Positions 42,280 to 53,598 of a stretch of 64,000 bases of DNA are shown here, piece by piece. The position numbers were made by a program, and so were the translations under genes. How positions within the stretch are numbered: the first letter of the stretch is position 1; every line of letters begins with the position of its first letter. Below the pieces are notes generated by a model, which was given only the letters and a program-made list of their open reading frames with translations, did not search any database and was not told the origin of the DNA. This stretch comes from an uncultured Chthonomonadaceae bacterium (lineage in GTDB: Bacteria; Armatimonadota; Chthonomonadetes; Chthonomonadales; Chthonomonadaceae), in NCBI GenBank assembly GCA_963835065.1, contig CAWIEK010000053.1, positions 160,001 through 224,000 of the forward strand. The letters are read 5' to 3'.

Positions 42280-44898
42280 ATGGACCCGAAAAACTTATCA
42301 AGCATATTAGAAGAAGTGGATTTAAATCAGCATGGACGATCAAGACACATCGGATGACAATGAAGACAATGGATTGGAATCGCGGCAGAACATCCCGGAC
42401 GAGATCAATCTGCTGCCCCTGCGCGAAGTGGTGATGTTTCCCGTCGTGGTCGCGCCGCTGGGCGTGGGGCGGGAAAACAGCATCAAATTGGTCAATGAAA
42501 GCGTTGTCGGGCGGCAACCGGTTGATTGCGGTCGCCTGTATGAAAGACCCGCAGATTGAGAACCCAACGCTGGACGACGTGTATAAAATCGGCAGCGTGG
42601 TGGCGATTCGCATGATGGCGCAGGTTCCCGAAGGAATCCGGCTGATTGTGCAGGGCATACAGCGGTTTGAGATTGTGGAAGCCGTACAGACCACGCCCTA
42701 TTTGCGCGTAAAAATTCGGCTGATTGAGGAACCGGAGATTGCGGAAGAGGATCGGCTGGAAATCGAAGCCCTGCGCCGGCAGATCAGCCAGATGTTCAAC
42801 CGCATCGTGCAGTTGTCGCCCGACCTGCCCGATGAGATGCAGAACGTGCCCAATAATGTGCAGGACGCGGGTACGCTGACGGATCTTGATCGCGCAGCAG
42901 ATGCCCCGCCTGACGTTCGAGGAGCGGCAGGAGATACTGGAACTCATTGAAATCAAGCCGCGCATGACGCGCCTGATGGAACTGCTCGGACGCGAAGTGC
43001 AGGTTTTGGAATTGGGCAACCGGCTGCAATCCGAAGTGGCGCAGGAGTTGGGCAAAACGCAGCGCGACTACTATTTGCGCGAACAGATACGCCAGATTCA
43101 GAAGGAATTGGGCGAGGGCGATGACCGGACGCAGGAGATAGACGAACTGCGCGAAAAAATCGCCGCGTCGGGCATGACCGAAGAAGCCCGCAAGGAAGCC
43201 GACCGCGAACTCGACCGGTTGGGGCGGATGAACCCGGCTGCGCCCGAATACAACGTCACGCGCACCTATCTGGACTGGATGGTGCAGATGCCCTGGACGA
43301 CGGCGAGCGAGGACAATCTGGATATTGCGGCGGTGAAGGAAGTTCTGGACGCCGACCATTACGGTTTGGAGAAGATCAAAGACCGAATTTTGGAATACCT
43401 GTCTGTGCGCAAGTTCAAGGCGGACGGCACGGCGCGGCAGCCGATTCTGTGCTTTTCCGGCCCTCCCGGCGTGGGCAAAACCAGTCTGGGCAAGTCCGTC
43501 GCCAAAGCGATGGGGCGCAAGTTCGTCCGCATGTCGCTTGGCGGCGTTCGGGACGAGGCGGAAATACGGGGACATCGGCGCACGTACATCGGGGCGCTTC
43601 CCGGCCAGTTCATACAGGGCATCAAGCGGGCGGAAACCAATAACCCGGTCTTCCTGCTGGACGAGATTGACAAGGTGCAGGCCGATTTCCGGGGCGACCC
43701 ATCGGGCGCGTTACTGGAAGCGCTCGACCCGGAGCAGAACAACTCGTTCCGCGATCACTATCTGGACGTGCCGTTCGACCTGAGCAAAGTGCTGTTCATT
43801 ACGACTGCGAACGTGCTGGATACCATTCTGCCGCCCCTGCGCGACCGCATGGAGATCATCGAACTGGCGGGCTATACGGAAGAAGAAAAGGTTGCCATTG
43901 CCGAAAAGCACCTGATTCCCAAGCAGGCCGGGGAACACGGCATTGAGGAGAAGATCACGTTCACGTCGCTTGCGGTGCAATTGATTGTGCGCGGGTACAC
44001 CAAAGAAGCGGGCGTTCGCAATCTGGAGCGCGAAATCGCCACCGTGTGCCGCAAAGCGACGCGCGCGTTTGCCGAAAGCAAGTTCGAGACACTGGACGTG
44101 ACGGAAGCGGTTGTGATGGAGTATCTGGGCGCTCCTCGCTTCGAGCAGGAGGAAGCCATTGAGCGCGTGGAACACGCGGGCGTGGCGACGGGATTGGTGT
44201 GGACGCCGATGGGCGGCGACATCATCTTCATCGAAGCGACGGCCATGCCCAGCCCGTCCAATCGTCCGTCAACGCTGACAATTACGGGGCAGTTGGGGGA
44301 TGTGATGCGCGAGTCGGCGCAGGCCGCCCTCTCGTATGTCCGCGCCCATGCCGTCGAAATCGGCGCTCCGGCGGACTTCTACGAGAAGCACGACATACAT
44401 ATCCACGTCCCGGCGGGCGCGATCCCGAAGGATGGGCCGAGCGCGGGCGTGACGATGACAACGGCGCTTGCGTCCCTGTTCAGCGGGCGACACGCCAAAC
44501 CGCTGCTGGCAATGACGGGCGAGGTCACGCTGTCAGGCAAAGTGCTGCCGATCGGCGGCGTGAAGGAGAAAGCGTTGGGCGCGCGTCGGGCGGGCATCAA
44601 GACCATTCTCGTGCCCGAACGCAACCGCAAGGACGTGATGGAAGACCTGCCCGAAGAAGTCCGCAGTGAACTCGACATCCACTTCATGTCGGAAGTGAAG
44701 GACGTGCTGGAACTGGCGCTGGAACCGAAACCCGGCGCGGCAGTGGGCGAAAAACCGGAAGGCAGCAAAGCGCAAACGCCGCCCAAAAAGGACAAAACTC
44801 GCCGCGCGCCTGCCGTGCCCAAAGTGGTTCCCGAAATGCCCGGCGCAGGCTCTCCGCTTGCATTAGGAGAGAAGTTAGCCGCGAATACACGCGAATAG
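42280..44898 (+). CDS. lon: ATP-dependent protease Lon, frameshifts in the 5' part
   Basis: LPLREVVMFP, GPPGVGKTS, LDEIDK, PKDGPSAG, GGVKEK. Confidence 0.93.
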
Positions 44899-44908
44899 AC
44901 TGCTTGAT

Positions 44909-44944
44909 TGCCCCTCTTTCAACTTGGAAGGAGGGGCATTTTTC
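44909..44944 (+). terminator. Rho-independent terminator after lon
   Basis: tgcccctc ... gaggggca + T run. Confidence 0.8.
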
Positions 44945-45027
44945 TTGTCTTGCGCTGTGTTCGCAGGACAGAGGACAGGCAGTTATGTCATCTATTATCC
45001 CGTTTTGTAGGGTACACTAAAAACATC

Positions 45028-45228
45028 ATGACACCTTATATCACCCACACACGAGAAGAAGAAACGCTGAAAGCGAAAACGCGCTGGTTCCGCTCTTTGT
45101 CATTGGCAGAGCGCATGGATTACCTCTGTGCTATTACCGATTTGATTTTGGAGAACAACCCAAAGGTACGGGACGCTAAGAATGCTCGACCGACTGCGCA
45201 ACGTGTTCGTATCCTTTCAGCAACATGA
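45028..45228 (+). CDS. Small protein, partner of a nucleotidyltransferase
   Basis: 66 aa; overlaps the NTase remnant start. Confidence 0.55.
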   Translation: MTPYITHTREEETLKAKTRWFRSLSLAERMDYLCAITDLILENNPKVRDAKNARPTAQRVRILSAT

Positions 45229-45384
45229 GGTACATTATGTTGTTATTGGCGGAATAGCCGCCGTTCTACGCGGCGTACCTCAGTGGCTTCTAAGTGCGCG
45301 GCAAAGCGTCCGAAAGACTTGAATGACGTGCAGGCGCTAAACCTGATGACACAAACAGCAAATGAACACGAACAGGCTGTTTGA
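45182..45384 (+). pseudogene. Nucleotidyltransferase with large internal deletion
   Basis: N-term YVVIGGIAAVLRGVP joined out of frame to C-term ASKCAAKRPKDLNDVQAL. Confidence 0.65.
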
Positions 45385-45418
45385 TTGTCTCTCCTTGAGA
45401 TGGAATTTGGAGGATATT

Positions 45419-46871
45419 ATGCAAAAGCGGAAAATAAAAAACCACAATACTGATGCTACCAATGTTGGAACGGGTGCAGGAAATGCACATAGCGGACAAA
45501 ACTATGCTGATCATGTCGTGTTTGGTAGCAAGAATGGTCATGGCTTTGCTGCTGAAAAGGCTAACCATCTATTCGATCAGAGTATGGGGAAAGACGCTTC
45601 TATTATTGGAAGCGATAACGTCAAGAATGGCGCTGACCGTCTTGTCAATGGCAAGTTTATACAAAGCAAGTATTGTGCCACAGGTGCTAAATGCGTTAAT
45701 GAGTGTTTTGATGAATTAGGCAACTTTCGTTATTGGCACTCTAACGGAAAGCCGATGCATATCGAAGTTCCGTCTGACCAGTACAACGCATCTGTACGTC
45801 AGATGCAAAAACATATAATAAACGGCAAAGTGCGCGGCATTACTGATCCTGAACAGGCACAAGAAATCATTCTTAAAGGTCAATGCAGCTATAAACAAGC
45901 CTGTTTGATTGCCAAAGCAGGAACTATTGAAGGCTTGACCTATGATGCTGTAAATGGTATCAGACTTGCAGGAACTTCGGCGGGTCTGTCAGCAGCAGTT
46001 ACATTTGCGGTAGTGCTATGGAACGGTGAAGACTTTGAGGCCGCCCTTCATGCCGCGTGTTACTCTGGTTTTAAAGTTGGTGGTGTAGCTTGGGTCACTA
46101 ATCTGATAAGTGTTCAGATTGGTAGAACAGGACTTGAACAAAGTTTACGTACAACAAGTGACTTATTAGTCAGAAAAATTGGTGCTAAACGAGCAAGTCA
46201 GATAGCGAATGCTATCAGGGGCGGAAATCCAATTTATGGTGCTGCAGCAATGAACAATCTGAGTAAGTTGCTGCGAGGCAACATAGTCTCGTCTGTAATC
46301 ACAACTTTAGTGCTGTCAAGTTCTGATCTGTACAAGATGTTTAATGGTCGTATATCAAGGACTACAGTTGACGAAAAATGTTACAACAACTGCTGCTGGT
46401 GTAGCTGGTGGTGCCACTGGATGGCAAGTGGGAGCAACAATAGGTACCTACATTGGTGCTGCTGTACCACTTCCAGTTAATGCATGTAAAATTGTGGGAG
46501 GATTGATTGGGAGTTTAATTGGAGGCAACGTTGCACAAAAAGCGACAATCTGTATTATGGACAGCGTTGTAGATGATGATGCAGTACAAATGCACAAAAT
46601 TCTCATGCGTATATTTTCTGAACAGGTTCAGTTGTACATGCTTGGACAAGGTGAGGTGGATGAATTACTCGCTGAACTCGTTTCTATAGACTTGAAAGCT
46701 AAGTTCCAAGATATGTACTCCTCATCTGACAGAGAATACTTCGCGCTGAAATTAGTTAATCCATATATTGAAATACTGACAAATAAAAGACAGAAGATAC
46801 ATCTTCCTTCTGACGAACAACTTCTTGAGGCAACCAATACATTATTAGCCTTGGTAGATGATCCAGAGTAA
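45419..46871 (+). CDS. Low-GC protein, YeeR-like, with Gly-zipper helices; frameshift near 46360
   Basis: GHGFAAE, DNVKNGADRLVNG..IQSKYC; C-terminal GxxxG repeats; family call from recall only. Confidence 0.55.
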
Positions 46872-47268
46872 GTCAGCACTACATACATTTGAACTTTTGG
46901 GAAATGGCACACTCGCTCAACTAACGCATTCTGGAGGGTTGAAGGCGAGAATGAAGTCGCTATGCGGAACGGCAGGACTGATCAAAAATCGTGAGAGGTT
47001 TTTCACTTCGCTAGGCTATAGAGGTTTGTGTTTCTTTCGCTTTTTGGTTTTTGGCATTGTGCAAGAGTTTGTGCTGGTTCGACTAGTGGCGGTTACGGTA
47101 GAATTCGATTTTGCGCAGGAAAGGAGCAATCTACGTGGACGAATGTACAGAACTGGCAGTTGCCGCCTGCCTGCAAAGCGCAGGACATGATGTGATGTTT
47201 GTTTAAAACGAAGTCGCAGTAGTGATTGCCGCAACGGTGATTCAGAAAGTCATGATGAGAACCATATT

Positions 47269-47727
47269 ATGATTACCAACGACAAAGACATTGACGAAAT
47301 CGCCATCGAACTCTTCCGCAGGTTCGCTCGCATGGAGTATGCTCTAAAAGCGGCGGGATTTCACAATGGTGAGGGCAAAGCGGAAGCCAATTGGGATAAA
47401 TTCGCAGTTTCAATCAGGGGGCGATTAGAAATCAACCCAAGAATTGCAGACGCTGTCAAATACATGACAGAAAATCCGCCAAAGAACCAAGTCGTTCTTA
47501 ACGGCAATCTCGAATGGCAATCCGCCTCACGTGATGACAGCCAGACACATGAGTTGCTTCTGTGCGTTCGACGTGTGCGGAATAATCTATTTCATGGCGG
47601 TAAGTTCAATGGTCATTGGTTCGAACCAGAACGAAGTGAAATCCTTCTCCGCCATAGTCTGAGTATTTTGGATGCTTGTCTACGAGCATCCCCGGATTTA
47701 GACGAGGCATTCAAAAGTGATAGCTGA
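47269..47727 (+). CDS. HEPN-like protein
   Basis: RxxxxH motif RNNLFH(GGK); predicted all-helical. Confidence 0.65.
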   Translation: MITNDKDIDEIAIELFRRFARMEYALKAAGFHNGEGKAEANWDKFAVSIRGRLEINPRIADAVKYMTENPPKNQVVLNGNLEWQSASRDDSQTHELLLCVRRVRNNLFHGGKFNGHWFEPERSEILLRHSLSILDACLRASPDLDEAFKSDS

Positions 47728-47797
47728 ACCGCATTTGTAGCGGCCTGACCGCTACAGCCTACGAAACTGTCAATGGTATCAAAACAACAGGAATGGT

Positions 47798-48200
47798 ATG
47801 ACCACGCTTTCAATTAAGACAAAAGTGACTGTGGACGACTTTGTTGAGGCGGCAGAGCAACTCCCCACCGCCGAGTTGGAACAGCTTGCCCGCCGCCTGC
47901 TTCACATTCAGGCGCGTCGGAAAGCGCCCCATCTGTCACAACGAGAAGCGGAACTGCTCGAAGGAATTGCGCAAACCGGCACGTTTGCGCAGCAGGCCAG
48001 ATACCACGACCTGAATACAGCAATTAGAACACCGCCCTCTAACATACGACGAGCAGAACGAATTGCATGAACTCATCGCGCAATCCGAAGCCTGCACCGC
48101 GCAACGCCTTGCCCTGCTGATCGAACTCTCCCAACTGCGCCGCGTTTCCCTTCCTGCCCTGATGAAACAACTGCAAATCAAGGCTCCCGACGTTGTCTGA
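47798..48200 (+). CDS. Putative antitoxin partner of HNH toxin, frameshift near 48025
   Basis: REAELL...; shifted frame QRLALLIELSQLRRVSLPALMKQL; overlaps the HNH start. Confidence 0.6.
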
Positions 48201-48618
48201 ATACGTGTCGAAAAAACTTCGCGCTGAGATTGCCCGTCGCTCCGGAGGACGCTGTGAATACTGCTGTTCTCCGTCAACATTCAGCATTGATCCTTTTGTT
48301 GCCGAGCATATCCACCCTGTCGCCAAAGGTGGCTTAACCGTTGCCGACAATCTTGCGTATGCGTGTATGGGCTGCAATGGCTATAAGCAGGACAAAACGG
48401 AGGCTTACGACGCCGTAAGTCAAACTGTCGCTGTCCTGTATCATCCGCGTACGCATGTTTGGCACGAGCATTTTGTGTGGAATGAAGAGTTTACGCATCT
48501 TGTTCCGTTGACGGTCATCGGGCGCGTGACGATTGCAGAACTGCAACTCAATCGTGAGGGTGTGCGCAATGTTCGTCTGCTTCTCATTATGGCTGGTCTC
48601 CATCCTCCGCGCCGATAA
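48193..48618 (+). CDS. HNH endonuclease
   Basis: CEYC, EHIHP, NLAYACMGCN, HPR...W.EHF. Confidence 0.88.
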   Translation: MSEYVSKKLRAEIARRSGGRCEYCCSPSTFSIDPFVAEHIHPVAKGGLTVADNLAYACMGCNGYKQDKTEAYDAVSQTVAVLYHPRTHVWHEHFVWNEEFTHLVPLTVIGRVTIAELQLNREGVRNVRLLLIMAGLHPPRR

Positions 48619-48667
48619 TGCTGTTCCTCTTTACAGTCGCTTGAAGAGTGACAAGCAATCTCGTTCT

Positions 48668-49009
48668 TTATGAAACGGCGAACTCGGTGAGGTGGCGGAC
48701 TTCGGGCGGGTTGAAGGCGAGAACAATGTCGCTGTGCGGAACGCCCAAATGTACCAATTCACCAGCGATGCCGTGTTTTGTCCAGTCTTCTTCAATCCAG
48801 ATTTTGCCGTTTTTGAGGCGCAGATAGAACAAAGGACGACTAACGCGGGTTTCGCCGCGCCAGCCGACGCTCGTTACCATGTACTGCCCGTGTTCGTCAT
48901 CGGACACAATCTGCAAGTCTACACCCGTATCGGTCGCATCCTCATACCAACTGCGATAGTCTTCCAGCAGGGCATGTATCACCTGCCGGTACTGATTTAT
49001 TCGATCCAT
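48668..49009 (-). CDS. xisI: XisI protein
   Basis: GKIWIEEDWT..GIA.EL..LGVPHSDIVLAF.PPEVR. Confidence 0.88.
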   Translation of the reverse strand: MDRINQYRQVIHALLEDYRSWYEDATDTGVDLQIVSDDEHGQYMVTSVGWRGETRVSRPLFYLRLKNGKIWIEEDWTKHGIAGELVHLGVPHSDIVLAFNPPEVRHLTEFAVS

Positions 49010-49413
49010 TCTGAAATCTCCTCGCTGCTGACCCGCACGATGAGCAAGGGCAAGCGGTGCAGTTCCCGCATCCGCTGAAACGCCTTCACTTGCAGCATCT
49101 GGTCATAGATTACACTGCTGATGGCAAGATACAGTTTGCGCGTTGCATCCACATCCGAGAGTATTCCCGCATAAACCATGTACTGCCCCATTGCGTTCTC
49201 AAGATCGTTCATAGGCGATTGCCCGATGAAGCTTTTGATTTCAACGGCAATCTGCTGCCCATTCCGCTCCGCCGCCAGAGGTAACTCCGCTGCCAGATCA
49301 ATCAGAACCTTCTCATCCCCGTACTTGATGATATACGGATCATGCGTGATCGTCCAGCCGTCTTTGACAAGGGCGTGTTTGACAGCTTCATGAATAGTGT
49401 CTTTGCGCGGCAT
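48997..49413 (-). CDS. xisH: XisH protein
   Basis: HEAVKHALVKDGWTITHDP, IAVEIKSF. Confidence 0.88.
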   Translation of the reverse strand: MPRKDTIHEAVKHALVKDGWTITHDPYIIKYGDEKVLIDLAAELPLAAERNGQQIAVEIKSFIGQSPMNDLENAMGQYMVYAGILSDVDATRKLYLAISSVIYDQMLQVKAFQRMRELHRLPLLIVRVSSEEISEWIE

Positions 49414-49567
49414 ATATTCTCCTGTACGCAAATTGTACCCGAACGGCAAGGCTGTGAAACAACTTATTTTTGTTGCTGGAATCAGCGTTGCGCGAAAACT
49501 TGTATTGGTTCGCCAAGCAACGGCTATGGTATAATTCGGTTATCCGCAGGAAAGGAGCAATCTATTC

Positions 49568-49786
49568 ATGGCAGCCGAAACTTTGGAGCAGCGCGTGGCG
49601 GCAGTGGAGCAGGAACTCGCTCAACTTAAGCAGCAACTACAAAAGGAAACGCAGCCTGATCCCCTCCCTTGGTGGGAACAGATATTTGGAACCTTTGCCA
49701 ACAGCGAAGCGCACGAAGAAGCCACTCGCTTAGGGCGTGAATACCGCGAATCCTTGCGTCCGAAAGCCGATGAGGAGATGGATTGA
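49568..49786 (+). CDS. Antitoxin partner of VapC
   Basis: Extended -10 TGGTATAAT, AAGGAG; overlaps vapC. Confidence 0.8.
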   Translation: MAAETLEQRVAAVEQELAQLKQQLQKETQPDPLPWWEQIFGTFANSEAHEEATRLGREYRESLRPKADEEMD

Positions 49787-50208
49787 TGTATCTCCTTGAC
49801 AGCGATCACATGAGTTTGTTGGAACGCGGCGGGGCGGAAGGCGTGAAAATACGCAGTCGCCTGCGTACCACCGCGCTCGATGATGTCGCAACAACAATTA
49901 TCAGCTATGAAGAGCAGATACGCGGTTGGATGGCGCGGCTTGCCGGCATCACGGAACTGGAAAAGCAGATGAATGACTACTCCGAACTCAAGCGCCTGCT
50001 CAATAACTATTGTCGTATCGCTGTTGTTGAATTTGATGCAAAGGCAATAGCGGAATTCAGGCGTTTGCGACAAGCCAAAATCCGCGTGGGCACGATGGAC
50101 TTGAAAATCGCTGCAATTGCCCTTGCTAACGATGCAACGGTCTTGACGAGAAACACGCAGGATTTCTCTCGTGTGCCCAACCTCAAATTTGAGGATTGGT
50201 CTGTCTGA
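49783..50208 (+). CDS. vapC: VapC (PIN) toxin
   Basis: LLDSD, SYEEQIRGW, MDLKIAAIA, TRNTQDF. Confidence 0.9.
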   Translation: MMYLLDSDHMSLLERGGAEGVKIRSRLRTTALDDVATTIISYEEQIRGWMARLAGITELEKQMNDYSELKRLLNNYCRIAVVEFDAKAIAEFRRLRQAKIRVGTMDLKIAAIALANDATVLTRNTQDFSRVPNLKFEDWSV

Positions 50209-50261
50209 CAGTGCCGAACCTCATTCAAAAGTTCCATTCATGTACTTTGGGAGAACGTTAG

Positions 50262-50468
50262 ATGAGCGGTGATTCATTGATGGGGCGTATTGTCAGCAGC
50301 CCTGAAGTGATGGCAGGCAAGCCCGTCATCAAGGGTACGCGCCTGACCGTAGAGTACATTTTGAACCTTCTGGCGCATGGAGCCTCGAAACAGGAAATCC
50401 TCAGCGAGTACGTGGGACTGACTCCAGAAGATATTCGCGCCTGTTACCTGTTTGCTGATAAGGCGTAA
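50262..50468 (+). CDS. DUF433 antitoxin-like protein
   Basis: GKPVIKGTRLTV, EDIRAC. Confidence 0.85.
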   Translation: MSGDSLMGRIVSSPEVMAGKPVIKGTRLTVEYILNLLAHGASKQEILSEYVGLTPEDIRACYLFADKA

Positions 50469-50513
50469 CGTATTTCGCCCTATGCAGTTGTGTTATAATG
50501 AAGGCGGAGGAAA

Positions 50514-50729
50514 ATGAACATGGACGAGAACGTTCTGACACAATCCGGTTTCAATCCGACGGTTGAAGAAACGGAGACGCTGGAAAACTACCTTGCCGAA
50601 ATGCCGCGCCTGCACATCCTCATGGATGCCGATCAAGAAGAGATTGAGCGTCTCAGAGCCGATAACCGCGACCTGAAAGCGGAAACACGCGCCATGTTGA
50701 CCACTCTGAAGGCAATGGTGCTGACATGA
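50514..50729 (+). CDS. Small coiled-coil hypothetical protein
   Basis: TATAAT and GGAGG upstream; 71 aa. Confidence 0.55.
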   Translation: MNMDENVLTQSGFNPTVEETETLENYLAEMPRLHILMDADQEEIERLRADNRDLKAETRAMLTTLKAMVLT

Positions 50730-50835
50730 TGAAGCCGGTGCTTGACTTTGCGAAACAGATTGTCTCGCTGACAAACGATGTGAAGCAGTGCAAAGCCGAC
50801 ATCCTGAAATTGGAACAGGGACAAAAAGAGATAGC

Positions 50836-51575
50836 CGCCGGACTATATCGCCGCAGTTCAGGAACGTTGCCGCATTGTTTCCACTGAGCGTATTGTCTAC
50901 CCGGACGCGCTAATCCGGCACGAACAGCCTGCGCAGACGAGTAGCGGCGTGGTGACGGCTACGCTTCTGCGCGAATCGGCGGAAGGACAAGCCGACGCGC
51001 CTCTGATTTTCGAAGCCTTGCCTTTTGAACCGCGCGAAACCTACATTGATATTTTGCTTGCCGGGATGCCGCAACGGATCATAACGAGTATTGAACTGCT
51101 CAGTCCTGACAACAAGCGGGGTGGGAAAGTCAGGAAGCGTATCTGGCGAAAAGCGTGAAACGCTTGTCAGCCGAACGCATCTGGTCGAAATAGACTTGCT
51201 GCGCGCCGGGACGCCGACTGTCGCCGTAACGCGCGTGGGAACACCGGACACGCTGCGCTGTGATTATATGATTTGCCTGCACCGCGCCGAGACAGGCAGC
51301 GTTTCGAGGTCTGGCCTGTAATGATACAGCAAACTTTACCCCGGATCTCCATTCCCTTGCAGGGAACAGACTCCGACATAACATTAGACTTGCAGCCTTT
51401 GTTGAATTACTGCTATGACGTGGGGCACTTCGGAAGGCAAATTGATTACACACAGGAACCGAGTCCGGCATTAACCGGCGACAATGCGCTCTGGGCCAAT
51501 GCCCTGTTGCGCGAACAAAGCCTCCGTAGAGTTCAACGCTGTTGCGTAAGCAAGCGCGGCATTAAAGACTGTTAA
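50836..51575 (+). pseudogene. DUF4058-like protein, 5'-truncated and frameshifted
   Basis: IELLSPDNK, HLVEIDLLRAG, LPRISIPL, LDLQ. Confidence 0.7.
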
Positions 51576-51636
51576 TTGAGTTGAAGCAACCGGATTACCT
51601 CACGAACAGCCGCAAACATCTTTTTGGACGACTCTA

Positions 51637-51665
51637 TTGACGTCATGTGTAGCCTGTGTTATACT
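51637..51665 (+). promoter_or_regulatory. Sigma70-type promoter (candidate cassette promoter)
   Basis: TTGACG-N17-TATACT. Confidence 0.6.
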
Positions 51666-51910
51666 GGTCGAAATTAAGCGTTAATGTCCATAACGATCAA
51701 CGGGTCTGCCGTTATTACAGTTTGTAGATGCGGCATTTGCCGTTTATTATCCTGATTATACCTACAAAGCGTCGGTATAATCATTAGTTGGGCTGGCGGG
51801 TTTGAAGGGTGTTCGTTGGTTTGGCGGGCAGGTATCGGATTCACTGAGGCGAATATTCCAGAACGCAGGGTTTCTCGGTTCTGGCGTACTTTATTTTGGG
51901 AGAGGACGTA

Positions 51911-52447
51911 ATGAAAGCAATCCGTGCGCTGACAATCGGTTTTGCGCTGGTGTGCCAGATTTATGGGATACTTGTCGGATTGTCCATCTTGTGGAGAGGA
52001 ATACAGATCCTTTTGGGCCATCAAACGACCGTCTATGTAGCAGGCTCTCCATACGCGCTGCCGCTCACTCACTTTAATCCAGGGCTTGGCTATTTCTGCT
52101 TCGGGTGGGGTCTGACGTACTCAGTCTTCAAGAACGCCTCTCAGAGAAAGGGCGGATTTACCGCGTTCTGCGCTGCATTATTTGGCTTGGCAAACATAGT
52201 CGTCGGTGCAGCAGATCTGCTGGGATGGGGAATCGGATTTTACTGGTCGGCACCGGGTTTTCCAGGTTTTTGCTACGCCATGCTCCTGGGTGGTTGGGTG
52301 TTTGGGATCACCATGGGAGCAATACCGCTTACTGTTTCATCCATAACGGAGCGCGAAAAGCCCACGTATAAGCCCATGTATGATGATGGCGGTATTGCCA
52401 TGCATGATGATGGCGGTGATGATGGCGGTATTGGGAGATTTGACTGA
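51911..52447 (+). CDS. Four-TM hypothetical membrane protein (candidate gene cassette)
   Basis: GAGGA upstream; four hydrophobic segments; attC downstream. Confidence 0.7.
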   Translation: MKAIRALTIGFALVCQIYGILVGLSILWRGIQILLGHQTTVYVAGSPYALPLTHFNPGLGYFCFGWGLTYSVFKNASQRKGGFTAFCAALFGLANIVVGAADLLGWGIGFYWSAPGFPGFCYAMLLGGWVFGITMGAIPLTVSSITEREKPTYKPMYDDGGIAMHDDGGDDGGIGRFD

Positions 52448-52686
52448 CGAACCTGGCCCATCCGTGCGCCGCAGCCGACGCCGTGGGTCGCCATCGCTTT
52501 TCCAAGCCCTTTTGCTCGGCGTGGCTGATCTTGTTACGTTGGGCAGCGTTGAAAGTCGAAGCCGGGGCAGGTTGACGAGGGGGTTTGTCTGGACGAAGCA
52601 CGAAGCAAACTATCAGGCGATAGCCCGCGCAAAGCCGCACAAACAGCGTGGCATCACCGGCTTTCCAATGCGGCTTTCCAGTGCCC

Positions 52687-52777
52687 ACCCAACAAAGTGC
52701 TGCACCGGACGCGCCAGCCGTCGGTTCCGCCTGGCGAAGGTCCGCTGTTTGCGCGCCGGTCAGTTTGATTGTTCGAC
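52687..52777 (+). mobile_element. Integron attC site
   Basis: R'' ACCCAAC, CTG(C)ACCGG(A)CGCGC pairs with GCGCGCCGGTCAG (two extrahelical bases), R' GTTCGAC. Confidence 0.72.
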
Positions 52778-52951
52778 GGCAGAAACTTAATGCCTCTCAG
52801 CAGGCTAAGATAGTGGTTGAGGGGCAGAGCGCATACGGTGTTGGCACTCTGTTGTCTCTTGTCCGCCGCCTGCTTCAAATTAAATACACGCACGTGATCG
52901 TTTTACCAGAATCGAATCTCGTACTTTTCGACACTGTTTAGGAACAAGCCT

Positions 52952-53242
52952 ATGATTACTATAACCCTGCCGCCGGAGTTGGAACAGGCATTTTCTGAGC
53001 AGGCCGAGCAGCAAGGCACGACGCCGGAACTGCTGGCGCTGGATGTGCTGTATAAATGGGGAGCGTGTGCCTCCTTTCCCGCCGAACTGCCACAGGGCGC
53101 AACGCTTGCTGACGCGCTTGCCGATTATATCGGAGCGGTCAGCACCAGAGACAAATATCCAACAGGCTCTACACTGTCAGAGAATACAGGGCGTAAATTC
53201 GCAGCGGGCATGATGAAGAAGCATCAGGCAGGCAAATTGTGA
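52952..53242 (+). CDS. Putative antitoxin
   Basis: ITLPPELEQ...; GTGA overlap with the PIN gene. Confidence 0.7.
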   Translation: MITITLPPELEQAFSEQAEQQGTTPELLALDVLYKWGACASFPAELPQGATLADALADYIGAVSTRDKYPTGSTLSENTGRKFAAGMMKKHQAGKL

Positions 53243-53598
53243 ACCTCACCGATACTGGGCCTCTCATAGCCTTGCTTGATGACAATGACACACACCACCT
53301 CGCCTGTGTTGCTGTTGTACGCCTCCTGCCTAACAAGCCTCTGCTGACTACATGACCTTGTTTCACCGAAACTATGTACTTTCTGGGCGAAGAGGGCGGC
53401 TACCGCTACCAAGAGCGTTTATGGCGCTTGCGGCGTGAGGGAACTCTGGCGCTTGCGGAACTCACCGAAGCTGAAATTGATCGCATGGACACGCTGATGC
53501 GACAGTATCAAGAAATGGCGGCGGACGAGGCGCGGGAAGCGGAAGCATTGGAATGGGCGGAAGCAACGGTGGAGGATGTCGCCCATGCAGCGCGGTGA
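53239..53598 (+). pseudogene. PIN toxin (TGA at 53353) fused to a MazE-like antitoxin C-terminus
   Basis: LTDTGPLIAL...LLTT*PCFTE...YQ|EMAADEAREAEALEWAE. Confidence 0.7.
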
